A DNA stretch of 64,000 nt from Vulcanimicrobiota bacterium (GTDB taxonomy: Bacteria; Vulcanimicrobiota; Vulcanimicrobiia; Vulcanimicrobiales; Vulcanimicrobiaceae): NCBI GenBank assembly GCA_963714015.1, contig OY970223.1:2976001-3040000 (forward strand), written 5' to 3'. The first letter of the stretch is position 1. The number at the start of each line of letters is the position of its first letter. Both the position numbers and the translations under genes were made by a program. Below the pieces are notes generated by a model. It made no database searches. It saw only the letters and a list, made by a program, of their open reading frames with translations, and had not been told where the DNA came from. Below are positions 10,866 to 20,740 of this stretch, piece by piece.

Positions 10866-12679
10866 TTGTCCTTTTGCGTGCGCTCTTCGCCCCGGTGCGG
10901 AATCACGCCCGCAATCATCTGCCGGATCTGATTGCCCAGCATCGGCCCTTCATCGGGGTCGCCCTTGCGTACGGCCTTCAGGAAGTGGATTGCCTGATCG
11001 CGCGAGATGTGCGGCGGCAACGTCGCAATGTTGCCGTCCACGACCGCTTCGAATACGACGGGACGATCGGAATTGAGCGCTTCTTCCCAGGCCGCTTCGA
11101 CGGCGTCGGGCGAGTCGACGCGAATGCCTTTGAATCCAAGGGATTCACCGAATCGGGCGTATGCGAAATCCGGAAGAGGCTGCGTCTCCATATTCTTGGG
11201 CGCGCCGCCCAGAATTCGCTGCTCCCAGCTCACTTGGTTCAGGTCTCTGTTGTTGAGCACGAGGAAAATGAGCCGCGGATCGCTCCATTTGTGCCAGTAC
11301 TTGTAGACCGTCAGCAGTTCGTTCAATCCGTTCATCTGCATTGCTCCGTCGCCCGGCAGCGATATCACGACGCGCTCGGGGAACGCGAATTTCGCTGCGA
11401 TCGCATAAGGAACCGCAGAACCCATCGAGGCCAAGTTTCCGGAAACGCTCATCTTCATTCCGCGGCGCACCATCAGATAGCGGGCCATCCAGTTCGTCGG
11501 CGTACCGGCGTCGCCTGTGATGATGGCGCGCGGCGGCACCTTTTTGTTCAGCACGGAGAAGAGCAGCTGGGGATTGAGCGGATCGGCCGGCTGATGGGCG
11601 CGATCTTCCTCAATGGCGTACCATTCCGCCTTATTCTTTGCGATGCTCTCGCGCCAGCTCGAGTCGCTTTTCTGATCGAGATGCGGAAGTAAAGCCTGCA
11701 GCGTATCGACCGCGTCGCCGATCATGTTGACGTTCGTCGGATAGCGCAGACCCATATACCGGGGATCGATGTCGATCTGCACGCCCGGCACCGAGCCGTC
11801 CTTCGGTAAAAACTCCGAGTACGGAAAGTTCGTCCCGATGAGGAACAGCGCGTCGCATTGATTCATGATGTCGGAGCTCGGACGCGTCCCCAGAAGGCCT
11901 ATCGTGCCGGTCACCCACGGCAAATCGTCCGGCAGAACGTCCTTGCCGAGCAGCGCCTTGGCGCAGCAAGCTTGCAGTTTATCGGCAACCGCTATTACTT
12001 CGTCGGTCGCATTTCGCGCGCCGGCGCCCACGAGCATCGCGACTTTCTTCGCGCCGTTGAGCACTTGGGCGGCCCGCTGAAGGTCGTTGAGCCGCGGGAT
12101 GACCATCGGCATCGAGATCTCGATGCCGCTATGCAGCGTGTCGTGCTTGCGCGGCGGATCGCTGTAGTCTTCCTCCTGCAGATCCTTTGGGAAAATCACC
12201 GTCGATACGCCGCGCATGCCAATCGCCGTGCGCATTGCTCGATCGATCACGTGGCGCGTGGCCGACACGCTGCTGATGGTAGCGTCGTACTCGCTGACGT
12301 CACGGAACAGCGTCTGGAGATCGACTTCCTGCTGGTAGGAACCGCCCAGCGCCGTCGTCGCCGCCTGTCCGACAATCGCAACGACGCCGACGTGATCCAT
12401 CTTCGCGTCGTACAAACCGTTGAGCAGATGAATGGCGCCCGGCCCGGACGTGGCCATGCAGACACCGACCTCGCCGGTGAACTTCGCGTGCGCGCAGGCC
12501 ATGAATGCGGCCATCTCTTCGTGCCGCACTTGAACGAACTCCAGTTTTTCGCTGAAATCCTCCAGCGCCCCGATCAATCCGTTGATGCCGTCGCCGGGAT
12601 ATCCGTAGATCCGCGTGACGCCCCAGTCCACCAAGCGTTGCAGCAAGAACTTGCTTGCGTTCACAGTCGTATGCCCCAT
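10862..12679 (-). CDS. Thiamine-pyrophosphate-dependent protein, pyruvate oxidase/PoxB-like
   Basis: GYPGDGIN, RHEEMAAF, TSGPGAIHLLNGLYDAKMD and the GDGAMQMN..N TPP motif. Confidence 0.9.
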   Translation of the reverse strand: MGHTTVNASKFLLQRLVDWGVTRIYGYPGDGINGLIGALEDFSEKLEFVQVRHEEMAAFMACAHAKFTGEVGVCMATSGPGAIHLLNGLYDAKMDHVGVVAIVGQAATTALGGSYQQEVDLQTLFRDVSEYDATISSVSATRHVIDRAMRTAIGMRGVSTVIFPKDLQEEDYSDPPRKHDTLHSGIEISMPMVIPRLNDLQRAAQVLNGAKKVAMLVGAGARNATDEVIAVADKLQACCAKALLGKDVLPDDLPWVTGTIGLLGTRPSSDIMNQCDALFLIGTNFPYSEFLPKDGSVPGVQIDIDPRYMGLRYPTNVNMIGDAVDTLQALLPHLDQKSDSSWRESIAKNKAEWYAIEEDRAHQPADPLNPQLLFSVLNKKVPPRAIITGDAGTPTNWMARYLMVRRGMKMSVSGNLASMGSAVPYAIAAKFAFPERVVISLPGDGAMQMNGLNELLTVYKYWHKWSDPRLIFLVLNNRDLNQVSWEQRILGGAPKNMETQPLPDFAYARFGESLGFKGIRVDSPDAVEAAWEEALNSDRPVVFEAVVDGNIATLPPHISRDQAIHFLKAVRKGDPDEGPMLGNQIRQMIAGVIPHRGEERTQKDK

Positions 12680-12709
12680 TTCTTTAAAGCTGACGTTACA
12701 GTGTTACCC

Positions 12710-13423
12710 TCACTCGCCGGTTCCGATACGGCGCACGAGCAAGACGAGCGCGCCCAGGCCGAAAGCCCACGCAACGAACCCTTCGGCGACGGGACCTATG
12801 TTGGCCAACTGCAAACCGCCCGGATTGTACTGCCCCGTCTTCAGGTACCCAATGTATGCGACGAGCAGATTCAAGCTTTTGTCATCAATGATGCCTGTTC
12901 CGAAACGCGGCATCACGTCCGGTCCTTCGCGCACGGCTTCGCCGATCTCGAGCGGCGAGTCGTCCATAAGCGAGGGAGCGATATTTCGATAACCGACGGC
13001 GCCTCCGCCGCGCCCCGTCGCCGCATGACACTGCTCGCAATTTTCGGCGTAGATCTGGCGGCCTTTTCGCAAGGCGGCGGCGTCCGGCGCGAACACGGAA
13101 ATTTGCGGCAGCGATTTGCTGCCCTGCGAGCGCGTCATCACATAATCGACGACTGCCGCGATTTCCTGCGGCGAGAGCTGCGGTCTCTTACGGTACTCTT
13201 GTTCGAACGGCGCCTGCGTAGGCATGCGACCCGTACGCAGCATGAAATCGACCTTTGCAGCGTCCGTTTGCAGCAGCGCAGGCGCCTGTGCTCCGCCCTG
13301 CAGCGCAAAACCATGACAAGAAGCGCATCGAGTTTCGTATATTTGTTTCCCGTCAACGCCTTGCGCGCGCGCCGCTGCGCTTAGCGCAGCAGCCAGCAAG
13401 AGGAAAAATGCGAGCGCTTTCAC
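12710..13423 (-). CDS. qcrC: Diheme cytochrome c subunit of the bcc complex
   Basis: GTG start overlaps the upstream stop (GTGA). Signal peptide, CASCH and CEQCH heme motifs, GRMP and GPDVMP ligands, GPVAEG plus C-terminal TM helix. Confidence 0.88.
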   Translation of the reverse strand: MKALAFFLLLAAALSAAARAQGVDGKQIYETRCASCHGFALQGGAQAPALLQTDAAKVDFMLRTGRMPTQAPFEQEYRKRPQLSPQEIAAVVDYVMTRSQGSKSLPQISVFAPDAAALRKGRQIYAENCEQCHAATGRGGGAVGYRNIAPSLMDDSPLEIGEAVREGPDVMPRFGTGIIDDKSLNLLVAYIGYLKTGQYNPGGLQLANIGPVAEGFVAWAFGLGALVLLVRRIGTGE

Positions 13424-14199
13424 GACGGAGCCGGAATCGCCCGCCGCTCTGCCGCAGCCCATGCCGCCGCGGTGCACATGAAGGCGACGAACAAGAGGAA
13501 GCCGCCGGATATCCACATCAAATCCGCTCCGTTGCGCTGATCGGCCAGCGTCATCGCCGCGCTTGCGAAGTACCGCAGGTACGCCGGATACAGCACGTGC
13601 TGCGACGCTCCCAGAGCAAAACCCAAAAAAGCGCCTTGCGGAATAGCGAAAAACAGAAAGAACATCCGAACAGGATACGCAACGGGCCGAGGGGCGTAGC
13701 CGATTTGGATCACGGCTCCCCAGAACAGAAAGGCGGCGCCCAGAAACAGCACGTGTTCCGCGACGTGCACCACGGGGTGTTCCAACGCAAGTTCGTAGAG
13801 CGGTGAAAAATGCGCTCCCCAGAGCACGAAGACGTAAAACAGCCATGCCGTCAGCGGCGAGAACAGCGCGTGGCCTGCCGGGGATCCGGCAAACCCGGTG
13901 AGCAGGCGCGCCTTGGCCGGCGGAAGATCGGCGATCAGGAGCAGCAACGGCGCACCGAGCAGCATCAACGGCGGCGCTACGAGCCACATGACGATGTGCT
14001 GCATCATGTGAACCGCAAACGACGCGTCGGCGGCGCGGTCGAACGGCGGCGAGAGCACCGCGGCAAGCAACGCGTCTCCGGCTAAAAATGCGGCCGCATA
14101 CATAAAGGAAAACGAACGATGAGGAAAGCGGTGCTTGTAGAGCCTTACCGCAAAAAGATACACCGCCGCGATCGCGGCAGCGCCCGCTGCGGCGATCAC
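13420..14199 (-). CDS. ctaG: Cytochrome c oxidase assembly factor (Caa3_CtaG family)
   Basis: FAVHMMQH, APPLMLLG, HVAEH, LFW and DQRNGADLMW motifs; multi-pass membrane protein. Confidence 0.85.
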   Translation of the reverse strand: MIAAAGAAAIAAVYLFAVRLYKHRFPHRSFSFMYAAAFLAGDALLAAVLSPPFDRAADASFAVHMMQHIVMWLVAPPLMLLGAPLLLLIADLPPAKARLLTGFAGSPAGHALFSPLTAWLFYVFVLWGAHFSPLYELALEHPVVHVAEHVLFLGAAFLFWGAVIQIGYAPRPVAYPVRMFFLFFAIPQGAFLGFALGASQHVLYPAYLRYFASAAMTLADQRNGADLMWISGGFLLFVAFMCTAAAWAAAERRAIPAPS

Positions 14200-15563
14200 G
14201 CGACCGGCTCCTCGTCGTACCCGCCCGCCGCGGTGCGCTGCACGCGAACGCGTTCGGTCCGGTGGATGCCGCCCTTACGATTCAAGTCACCGCCGCTCAA
14301 ATAGGCGATCCAAAATGCAATGATCGAACCGAACACGCAAAACAACCGGTAAAACCAGACCAAATCGTTTAGCGGCAAATGCAGGTACCTCGTCTGCACG
14401 TCGTCGCTTCCCGCAAGAAACAGTCCGATCATAAAGACCGCAAAAGCGGCGCCGATTCCCAGCCGCACGGGCTTTTCGCGCGGATGGTCCAGCAAGTGAT
14501 GCTGCGCCCGATCGCCCATTACGGTCGCCTCGATAAACGGATAGCACAGCAAGACGATCATGATCGCCACCGGGAGCACGAGACCAGGCCAAAACGGCGA
14601 GGGGATCATGTGGCCGAACAAGTGGATCGCAAAAGGCGGGCTGAGCCGCAGCGCGCCCTCGAGCCAACCAATGTACCAATCCGGCTGGGCAGGAGTAATG
14701 GCTTTATCGGGTTGGTAAGGTCCCCACAGCCATACGGGATTGATCTGCACCCACGCTCCCAAGGCGCAGCAGACGGCGAGCACTCCGAACATCAAAGCGA
14801 AAGTCCGAATCGTGTATGCCGGAAAGAGCGGCGAGCCGACCACGTTCTCTTCGGTTCGCCGGGAACCGGGGAACTGTGTGTGCTTCTGACGCCAGAGAAT
14901 CGCCAAATGCACGGCGACCGCAGCAGCGATCAACGCCGGCATAAGGTAAACGTGCAGAACGAACAATCTTCCTATCAGATCGGGTGAAGGCCAGGGACCG
15001 CCGCCGAGCCAGAACAACAAATACGTTCCCGCGAACGGAATCGACTGAAGAATCGAGACCGCGATAACCAATCCGATGCCGCTGAGCAGATCGTCGGGCA
15101 GCGAGTACCCGCTGAACCCTTCGAACATGGCGGCAAACAACAGCAATACGCCGATGATCCAATTCAACTCTCGGGGGCTTCGGAACGCGCCGGTGAAGAA
15201 AATGCGGCCCATGTGGAGCACGATCCCGGCGATAAAAATGTTTGCCGCCCAGTGATGGATCTGCCGAATCAGTAGTCCGGCGTTCACGGCAAAGCACAGG
15301 TGCAGCACCGAGTCGTACGCCTCGCTCATTCTCTGTCCTTGCAGCAGATCGTACGGCCCTTGGTAGACGACGTCGTTGGTGCTCGGCACGAACCAAAGGG
15401 CGAGAAACGTTCCCGTAGCCAGGAGCACGAAAAACGTATAGAGGTTGATTTCGCCCAGCATGAAGGACCAATGGTCCGGAAAAGCCTTGCGCAGCGCGTG
15501 GTGAACGAACGTCGCCGTCCCAAACCGGAGATCGGCCCAGTCCAAAAACTTCCGGACCATCAA
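14196..15563 (-). CDS. qcrB: Cytochrome b subunit of the bcc complex
   Basis: FPDHWSFMLGE, IRQIHHWAA, GAFRSPRELNW, GYSLPDDLLSG, QKHTQFPG and QPDWY (actinobacterial-type Qo motif). Confidence 0.93.
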   Translation of the reverse strand: MMVRKFLDWADLRFGTATFVHHALRKAFPDHWSFMLGEINLYTFFVLLATGTFLALWFVPSTNDVVYQGPYDLLQGQRMSEAYDSVLHLCFAVNAGLLIRQIHHWAANIFIAGIVLHMGRIFFTGAFRSPRELNWIIGVLLLFAAMFEGFSGYSLPDDLLSGIGLVIAVSILQSIPFAGTYLLFWLGGGPWPSPDLIGRLFVLHVYLMPALIAAAVAVHLAILWRQKHTQFPGSRRTEENVVGSPLFPAYTIRTFALMFGVLAVCCALGAWVQINPVWLWGPYQPDKAITPAQPDWYIGWLEGALRLSPPFAIHLFGHMIPSPFWPGLVLPVAIMIVLLCYPFIEATVMGDRAQHHLLDHPREKPVRLGIGAAFAVFMIGLFLAGSDDVQTRYLHLPLNDLVWFYRLFCVFGSIIAFWIAYLSGGDLNRKGGIHRTERVRVQRTAAGGYDEEPVA

Positions 15564-16372
15564 GAATGTTCCCAGAATCCGGGGCCGACGGCGTCGTCGA
15601 AATCGCCGGCGGCACGCACGAATCCGTCGTCCGAGATTTCAATCGGTAACTGCGGAAGCGGCCGGTCCGCGGGCCCGTCCAATACTTTGGCGCCGTCGGT
15701 TACGTCGAATACGGATTGGTGACAAGGGCAGATGAGCTCGCGATCCGCTGCTCGATAAAGCGCAACGGGGCATCCCGCGTGCGTGCAGGCTTTCGAATAC
15801 GCGATGAGCCCTTGCGTCGCGTTCTTTCCAACGCCGTCAGGCAGGCGGATCAGCACGGCCATCGACCGATAATCTCCGGTGTCGCCCTCCGGAAAAACGG
15901 TTTCCATTCCGTCGACGTTGAGATCCGCGGATTTGACCAGCGTCCCGTCGTCGCGCTGCATCCGCATTCCCCGCCGCCACTTCGTATGAAAGAGCGCGTC
16001 ACCGGGTTGCGGACCGAGTGCCGCCAGCGGAAAGATCGCGGCGACGCCAAAAACGCCGAGAGCGGAGTATAAAAGGCGCGTCAACCACTTCTTGCGCGTG
16101 ATCGCCGCAACGCCGTGCTCGAACGCTTCGTCCTGCTTGCCCCGCTCTTCGGCGGGGCATGGAACGGTATCGCGCAGATCGACTACCTCTTCGACCGGAA
16201 CGATCCAGCGCGCCCAGCCCAGCATGGCCGCAGCCAACCCGGTAAAGACGCACGTCAGGGCAAAACCTTGCCACTGGGCGCCGCGCTGGGTTACGAAAGC
16301 GTAGGCGAAGCCGATGCTGCCCGCAATAGAAAACACCAGGGTAGCGGCGAGTGCGCGATCGCGATCCGTCAT
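15560..16372 (-). CDS. qcrA: Rieske iron-sulfur subunit of the bcc complex
   Basis: CTHAGC and CPCHQS boxes, GPADRPLPQL, three N-terminal hydrophobic helices. ATG overlaps the upstream stop. Confidence 0.92.
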   Translation of the reverse strand: MTDRDRALAATLVFSIAGSIGFAYAFVTQRGAQWQGFALTCVFTGLAAAMLGWARWIVPVEEVVDLRDTVPCPAEERGKQDEAFEHGVAAITRKKWLTRLLYSALGVFGVAAIFPLAALGPQPGDALFHTKWRRGMRMQRDDGTLVKSADLNVDGMETVFPEGDTGDYRSMAVLIRLPDGVGKNATQGLIAYSKACTHAGCPVALYRAADRELICPCHQSVFDVTDGAKVLDGPADRPLPQLPIEISDDGFVRAAGDFDDAVGPGFWEHS

Positions 16373-16938
16373 CGAATCCAGTACACCGTCGTGTAAATGC
16401 CGATCCACATAATCGTGACGAAGTGCCAATAGTAACTGATGGCCTCGGCTCCGCTATGGTCCTCGCTGCGAAAAGCAGGCGAGCGCAAGCCGAAATAGAG
16501 TCCGAGCAGCATCAGCACGCCGGCGACGACGTGCAGTAAGTGAAAGCCGGTCATCGTCACGTAGATCGAACCGTATGCATTGCTCCGCAGCCCGAATGAT
16601 TGATCGGCATAGCCGTGCAGCGCGTCGCCGATGTACGCCAAACCGCCGAGCACGGCGGCGTACAGCCACGCGGATGCCGCGACAAATCGCTTTTTTTGAA
16701 GGGCATGCATCATCGGGAACATCGTCATGCTGCTGAAAATGAGGAACGCCGTACCGAGTGCCGGCCCGATTTCGTCGAGATGCACGTGCGGCGGCGGCCA
16801 GACTTCCGTTCGCGCCTTGAGGTTGTAATACGTCGCAAAGAGCGCGGAAAAGAACATGGTCTCGGATGCGATGAAAACGACCATGCCCAGCACGACCGGA
16901 TGCGTACGGACCGGCAGCGGCAATTCGCGGCGAGCCAT
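16369..16938 (-). CDS. ctaE: Cytochrome c oxidase subunit III
   Basis: FIASETMFF, TGFHLLHV and YYWHFV motifs; start MARRELP at 16938. Confidence 0.92.
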   Translation of the reverse strand: MARRELPLPVRTHPVVLGMVVFIASETMFFSALFATYYNLKARTEVWPPPHVHLDEIGPALGTAFLIFSSMTMFPMMHALQKKRFVAASAWLYAAVLGGLAYIGDALHGYADQSFGLRSNAYGSIYVTMTGFHLLHVVAGVLMLLGLYFGLRSPAFRSEDHSGAEAISYYWHFVTIMWIGIYTTVYWIR

Positions 16939-17001
16939 GCTGGTTTTGTACCCCCGCCGACTGTTTTTTATCGGACAAATCGTGGGTATGACGCTGGGCA
17001 G

Positions 17002-17661
17002 ATGCCCCTCTTTCACCCCGCATCGCTGCAAGCCATGGACCTGCGCGGTGTCTGGTACATCTTTTTCGGCGCGGCGATGTTCGTTGCGGTTTTTGTCTAC
17101 GGCCTCATTTTCTATTCGATCGTGCGCTGGCGAAGACGGCGCGACGACGACGACAGCTTGCCGCCGCAATTCCATAAGAACACGCCGATAGAACTTACCG
17201 GAGTAATCATTCCCCTGCTGATGGTCATGGGGCTTTTCTATATCACGTTCGTGCGCGAAAAAGTCGTCGACGTTCTGCATCCCGGTCCATACGCGGTCGT
17301 CGATGTAACGGGATATCGCTGGTCTTGGCAGTTCCGCTATCCCGGACACGGAATCGTCGTCAACGGCGGACCGAATGCGCCGCCGACGCTCGTGCTACCC
17401 GCCCGAAGGATGACTCAAATCAACTTGTATTCGCTCGACGTCGTGCACTCGTTTTGGGTGCCGGCGTTCTTGTTCAAGCGCGACGCCACACCCGGCTACG
17501 TCATGCACTTCGACCTGACGCCGACGCGGCTCGGGGACTACCGCGGCGTCTGCGCTGAATTTTGCGGCCTCGACCACGCACTTATGACGTTCCGGGTAAG
17601 GGTGGTGCCCGCTCCGACCTACGCAGAGTGGCTGGCGTCCGGAGGCACCGCGGCGATATGA
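17002..17661 (+). CDS. ctaC: Cytochrome c oxidase subunit II
   Basis: Two TM helices, GYRWSWQFRY, DVVHSFWVP and the CuA motif CAEFCGLDHALM. Confidence 0.93.
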   Translation: MPLFHPASLQAMDLRGVWYIFFGAAMFVAVFVYGLIFYSIVRWRRRRDDDDSLPPQFHKNTPIELTGVIIPLLMVMGLFYITFVREKVVDVLHPGPYAVVDVTGYRWSWQFRYPGHGIVVNGGPNAPPTLVLPARRMTQINLYSLDVVHSFWVPAFLFKRDATPGYVMHFDLTPTRLGDYRGVCAEFCGLDHALMTFRVRVVPAPTYAEWLASGGTAAI

Positions 17662-19238
17662 TCCAGTGGCTCACCACGACCAACCACAAGCGCATCGGAT
17701 TGCTCTACATTGCAACCACGTTTTTGTTTTTTATCGTCGCCGGCATTCTGTCTTTGTGCATCCGCGCGCAGCTGGCTCGTCCGGAGCAAACGATCCTGAC
17801 GGCGAACGCTTTCAATCAGGTCTTTACACTGCACGGGACCGCAATGATCTTTCTGGTTGTCGCGCCGTTCGGATTCGGCCTCGCGAATTACCTCGTGCCG
17901 CTGCAGATCGGAGCGCCCGACATGGCGTTCCCGCGGCTGAATGCTTTGAGCGTTTGGCTGTTCATTCTGAGCGGATTTACGATCTTCATGGGCGTTTTCG
18001 CCCAAGGGGGCGCCGCGGCTACCGGATGGACGGCTTACGCGCCGCTTTCCGCCATCATCGTCGGTACCGGAGCCGGGCAGGATCTCTGGCTCGTCGGCAT
18101 CCTGATCAACAGCATCGCTACGATTATGGTGGCCATCAACTTAGTGGCGACGATCTTTCTGTTTCGCGCTCCCGGTATGACGATGTGGCGCATGCCCATC
18201 TTCACCTGGGAGATGCTCGCTACGGCGCTGCTCATTCTGATGGCGTTTCCATCGCTGGCGTGCGTTGTCTGCGAGCTTCTGCTCGAGCGTCATTACGGCG
18301 CGCACTTCTTCGATCCGTCAAACGGCGGAGATCCCATCCTCTACCAGCATCTCTTCTGGTTCTTCGGGCATCCTGAAGTCTACGTAATGATTCTGCCGTA
18401 CTTCGGGGTCATCTCGGAAGTCATTTCGGTCTTCTCGCGCAAACCGGTGTTCGGCTACGTCGGTCTCGTCCTCTCGGCGTTCGCAATTGCGGGACTCTCG
18501 ATGGGAGTATGGGCGCATCACATGTTCACCACCGGAGCCGTGACGAACGGATTCTTCTCCGGGATGTCGTTCCTCATCGCCGTCCCGACGGGAGTAAAGT
18601 ATTGGAACTGGATCGGGACCATGTGGAAGGGCAAGCTCGAGATGAGTGCTGCGATGCTCTTTGCGATGGGATTTCTGTGCAATTTTCTCATCGGAGGGAT
18701 AAGCGGCGTCATGGTCGCCTCGCCTCCGATCGACTATCACGTGGAAGACAGCTATTTTCTGGTTGCGCATTTCCACTATACGCTGGGCGGCGGGGCGCTG
18801 TTCGCAATCTTTGCGGCCGTGTATTTCTGGTTCCCGAAGATGTTCGGCGTTCGCTTGAACGAGACACTCGGGAAGATCAACTTCTGGACGATGTTCGTCG
18901 GGTTCAACTGCACGTTCTTGCCGATGTTCTTCATGGGAATCGAAGGCATGCCGCGGCGCGTCTACACTTACGCGCCGATAGCAGACCTGCCGTGGCTCAA
19001 CGCGCTGGCGTCCGTCGGCGCAGGCATCATCGCGATCAGCGCAATCGTATTCGTTCTGAACGTGATCCTTTCGCGCGTCGTGCGCGAACCGGCCGGTGAC
19101 GATCCTTGGCGAGCCAACACGCTCGAGTGGGCGACCACCTCGCCGCCGCCCGAGTTCAATTTTCACGCGCTGCCGCCGATTCGATCGGAGCGACCCTTGT
19201 GGGATATGCGGCATCCGAATTTAGCTCAGCCCCAATGA
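17658..19238 (+). CDS. ctaD: Cytochrome c oxidase subunit I (A1 type)
   Basis: WLTTTNHKRIG, DMAFPRLN, WFFGHPEVY, WAHHM, AHFH and GMPRR. Confidence 0.96.
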   Translation: MIQWLTTTNHKRIGLLYIATTFLFFIVAGILSLCIRAQLARPEQTILTANAFNQVFTLHGTAMIFLVVAPFGFGLANYLVPLQIGAPDMAFPRLNALSVWLFILSGFTIFMGVFAQGGAAATGWTAYAPLSAIIVGTGAGQDLWLVGILINSIATIMVAINLVATIFLFRAPGMTMWRMPIFTWEMLATALLILMAFPSLACVVCELLLERHYGAHFFDPSNGGDPILYQHLFWFFGHPEVYVMILPYFGVISEVISVFSRKPVFGYVGLVLSAFAIAGLSMGVWAHHMFTTGAVTNGFFSGMSFLIAVPTGVKYWNWIGTMWKGKLEMSAAMLFAMGFLCNFLIGGISGVMVASPPIDYHVEDSYFLVAHFHYTLGGGALFAIFAAVYFWFPKMFGVRLNETLGKINFWTMFVGFNCTFLPMFFMGIEGMPRRVYTYAPIADLPWLNALASVGAGIIAISAIVFVLNVILSRVVREPAGDDPWRANTLEWATTSPPPEFNFHALPPIRSERPLWDMRHPNLAQPQ

Positions 19239-19618
19239 AGACCTACGCGGGCTTGTTCACCTCGTCCGCGCTCTTCGGTCTGGCGATTTGCGTCGTGTAC
19301 TGGTTCTCGTCGCACGACCGCGGAACGACGCTGCTCCTTGGCTTTATGACGATAGCGATGACTTGGGCCGCGGGCTTCTCACTCATCGGCGAACGTTACT
19401 CCAACCTTCCGGGCGATGACCCGCATAAGCAGCACAAAGAGATCGCCGGCGAAGAGGTGGCGGTCGTCACCAAAACCAGCCCTTGGCCGATCTGCTTGGC
19501 CTTCTCGATCCTTTGGACGTTCGTCGGCGTCATCTGGTCCGACTTCATGATTTTCTCGGGCATCGTCGCGATGCTTCTCTGCCTTTGGCGCCTCGGCGCC
19601 GAAAGCTCTCGCGTCTAG
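19235..19618 (+). CDS. ctaF: Cytochrome c oxidase subunit IV (actinobacterial CtaF-like)
   Basis: Small four-TM protein with YWFSS..GT and S-P-W-P motifs; ATGA-coupled to ctaD. Confidence 0.75.
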   Translation: MKTYAGLFTSSALFGLAICVVYWFSSHDRGTTLLLGFMTIAMTWAAGFSLIGERYSNLPGDDPHKQHKEIAGEEVAVVTKTSPWPICLAFSILWTFVGVIWSDFMIFSGIVAMLLCLWRLGAESSRV

Positions 19619-19660
19619 TTCTCGCAGGTTGAAGCGCCGGGGATAACGTAGCAGTTTTCG

Positions 19661-20740
19661 ATGCTGCTGCTGGGGATAGAAACGTCGTGCGACGATACTG
19701 CAACGGCGATCGTCGAAGACGGACGGCGCGTGCTCTCGAGCGTGTCGACGAATCAAGATGCATTTCATGCAAAGTACGGCGGAATCGTTCCGGAGATTGC
19801 CGGCCGCCGGCACGTGGCGCTGCTTTCCGCGGCGATCGAAGACGCCGTGGACCGTGCCGGCACATCGCTTGACGCCCTCGACGGCATTGCCGTAACGTGC
19901 GGCCCGGGTTTAATCGGAAGCCTCGTCGTCGGCGTTGCCGCCGCGAAGGCGCTCGCCTTTGCGACAAGCAAACCGCTTTACGGCGTCAATCACCTGCACG
20001 GGCATATCTTCGCAGCCTTTCTCGATCGCGACGACGTTCCGGAGTATCCATTCCTCGCGCTGCTCGTGTCGGGCGGTCATTCGCAGCTCGTCGAAGTGCG
20101 CAGTCCGCTCGACATGACGGTCATCGGCCGGACGCGCGACGATGCAGCCGGCGAAGCCTACGACAAAACCGCCCGTCTTTTAGGTCTCGGCTTTCCCGGC
20201 GGTCCGGCGCTCGACAAGCTGTCGCGCGGAGGGAACGCCGAGGCTTTCGACTTTCCGCGCCACCGGCCGGATCCCGGGACCCTCGACATGTCTTTCTCCG
20301 GTTTGAAAACCGCCGTTCGCTATTTCGTCGAATCTGAAGAAGGCGCCGGGGCCGCCAAAGCGGACGTCGCAGCATCGTTCCAAGCCGCGGTCGTCGACGT
20401 ATTAATGAAGCGCGTCGATATGGCGTTCCAGCGCGGTGGCTACACGTCCGTAGTTCTCTCGGGCGGCGTCGCCGCGAATTCGGCCCTGCAGCGCGCACTC
20501 CGCGACTGGAGCGCCCATAGCGGCGTCCCGGCCTTCATTCCGCCGCCAAAGTACTGCACCGACAACGCCGCGATGATCGCTGCGGCGGCTTTTTACCAAG
20601 GCGACGCGGTTCAAATCGATCCGCTCACGCTCAGCGCCGATCCCAACCTTCCCTTTGCCTTGGCCCCAGAGGGCGAAATAACGGTCGCCGACGTCGTTGC
20701 GATTCGCCGCTTGATGGAAGGCGACGCTTTCCGGTCCTAA
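19661..20740 (+). CDS. tsaD: tRNA N6-threonylcarbamoyltransferase
   Basis: LGIETSCDDT, GGIVPE, GPGL, HLHGH, VSGGH, DDAAGEAYDK, SFSGLKT, GGVAAN and CTDNAAMI. Confidence 0.96.
   Translation: MLLLGIETSCDDTATAIVEDGRRVLSSVSTNQDAFHAKYGGIVPEIAGRRHVALLSAAIEDAVDRAGTSLDALDGIAVTCGPGLIGSLVVGVAAAKALAFATSKPLYGVNHLHGHIFAAFLDRDDVPEYPFLALLVSGGHSQLVEVRSPLDMTVIGRTRDDAAGEAYDKTARLLGLGFPGGPALDKLSRGGNAEAFDFPRHRPDPGTLDMSFSGLKTAVRYFVESEEGAGAAKADVAASFQAAVVDVLMKRVDMAFQRGGYTSVVLSGGVAANSALQRALRDWSAHSGVPAFIPPPKYCTDNAAMIAAAAFYQGDAVQIDPLTLSADPNLPFALAPEGEITVADVVAIRRLMEGDAFRS

Noticed and set aside
12710..13987. N-terminally extended ORF calls (qcrC, ctaE, ctaC, argD, purM, PurP-like)
   Set aside because: The extensions overlap neighbouring genes. 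Internal starts, several with stop/start overlaps, match the family N-termini.
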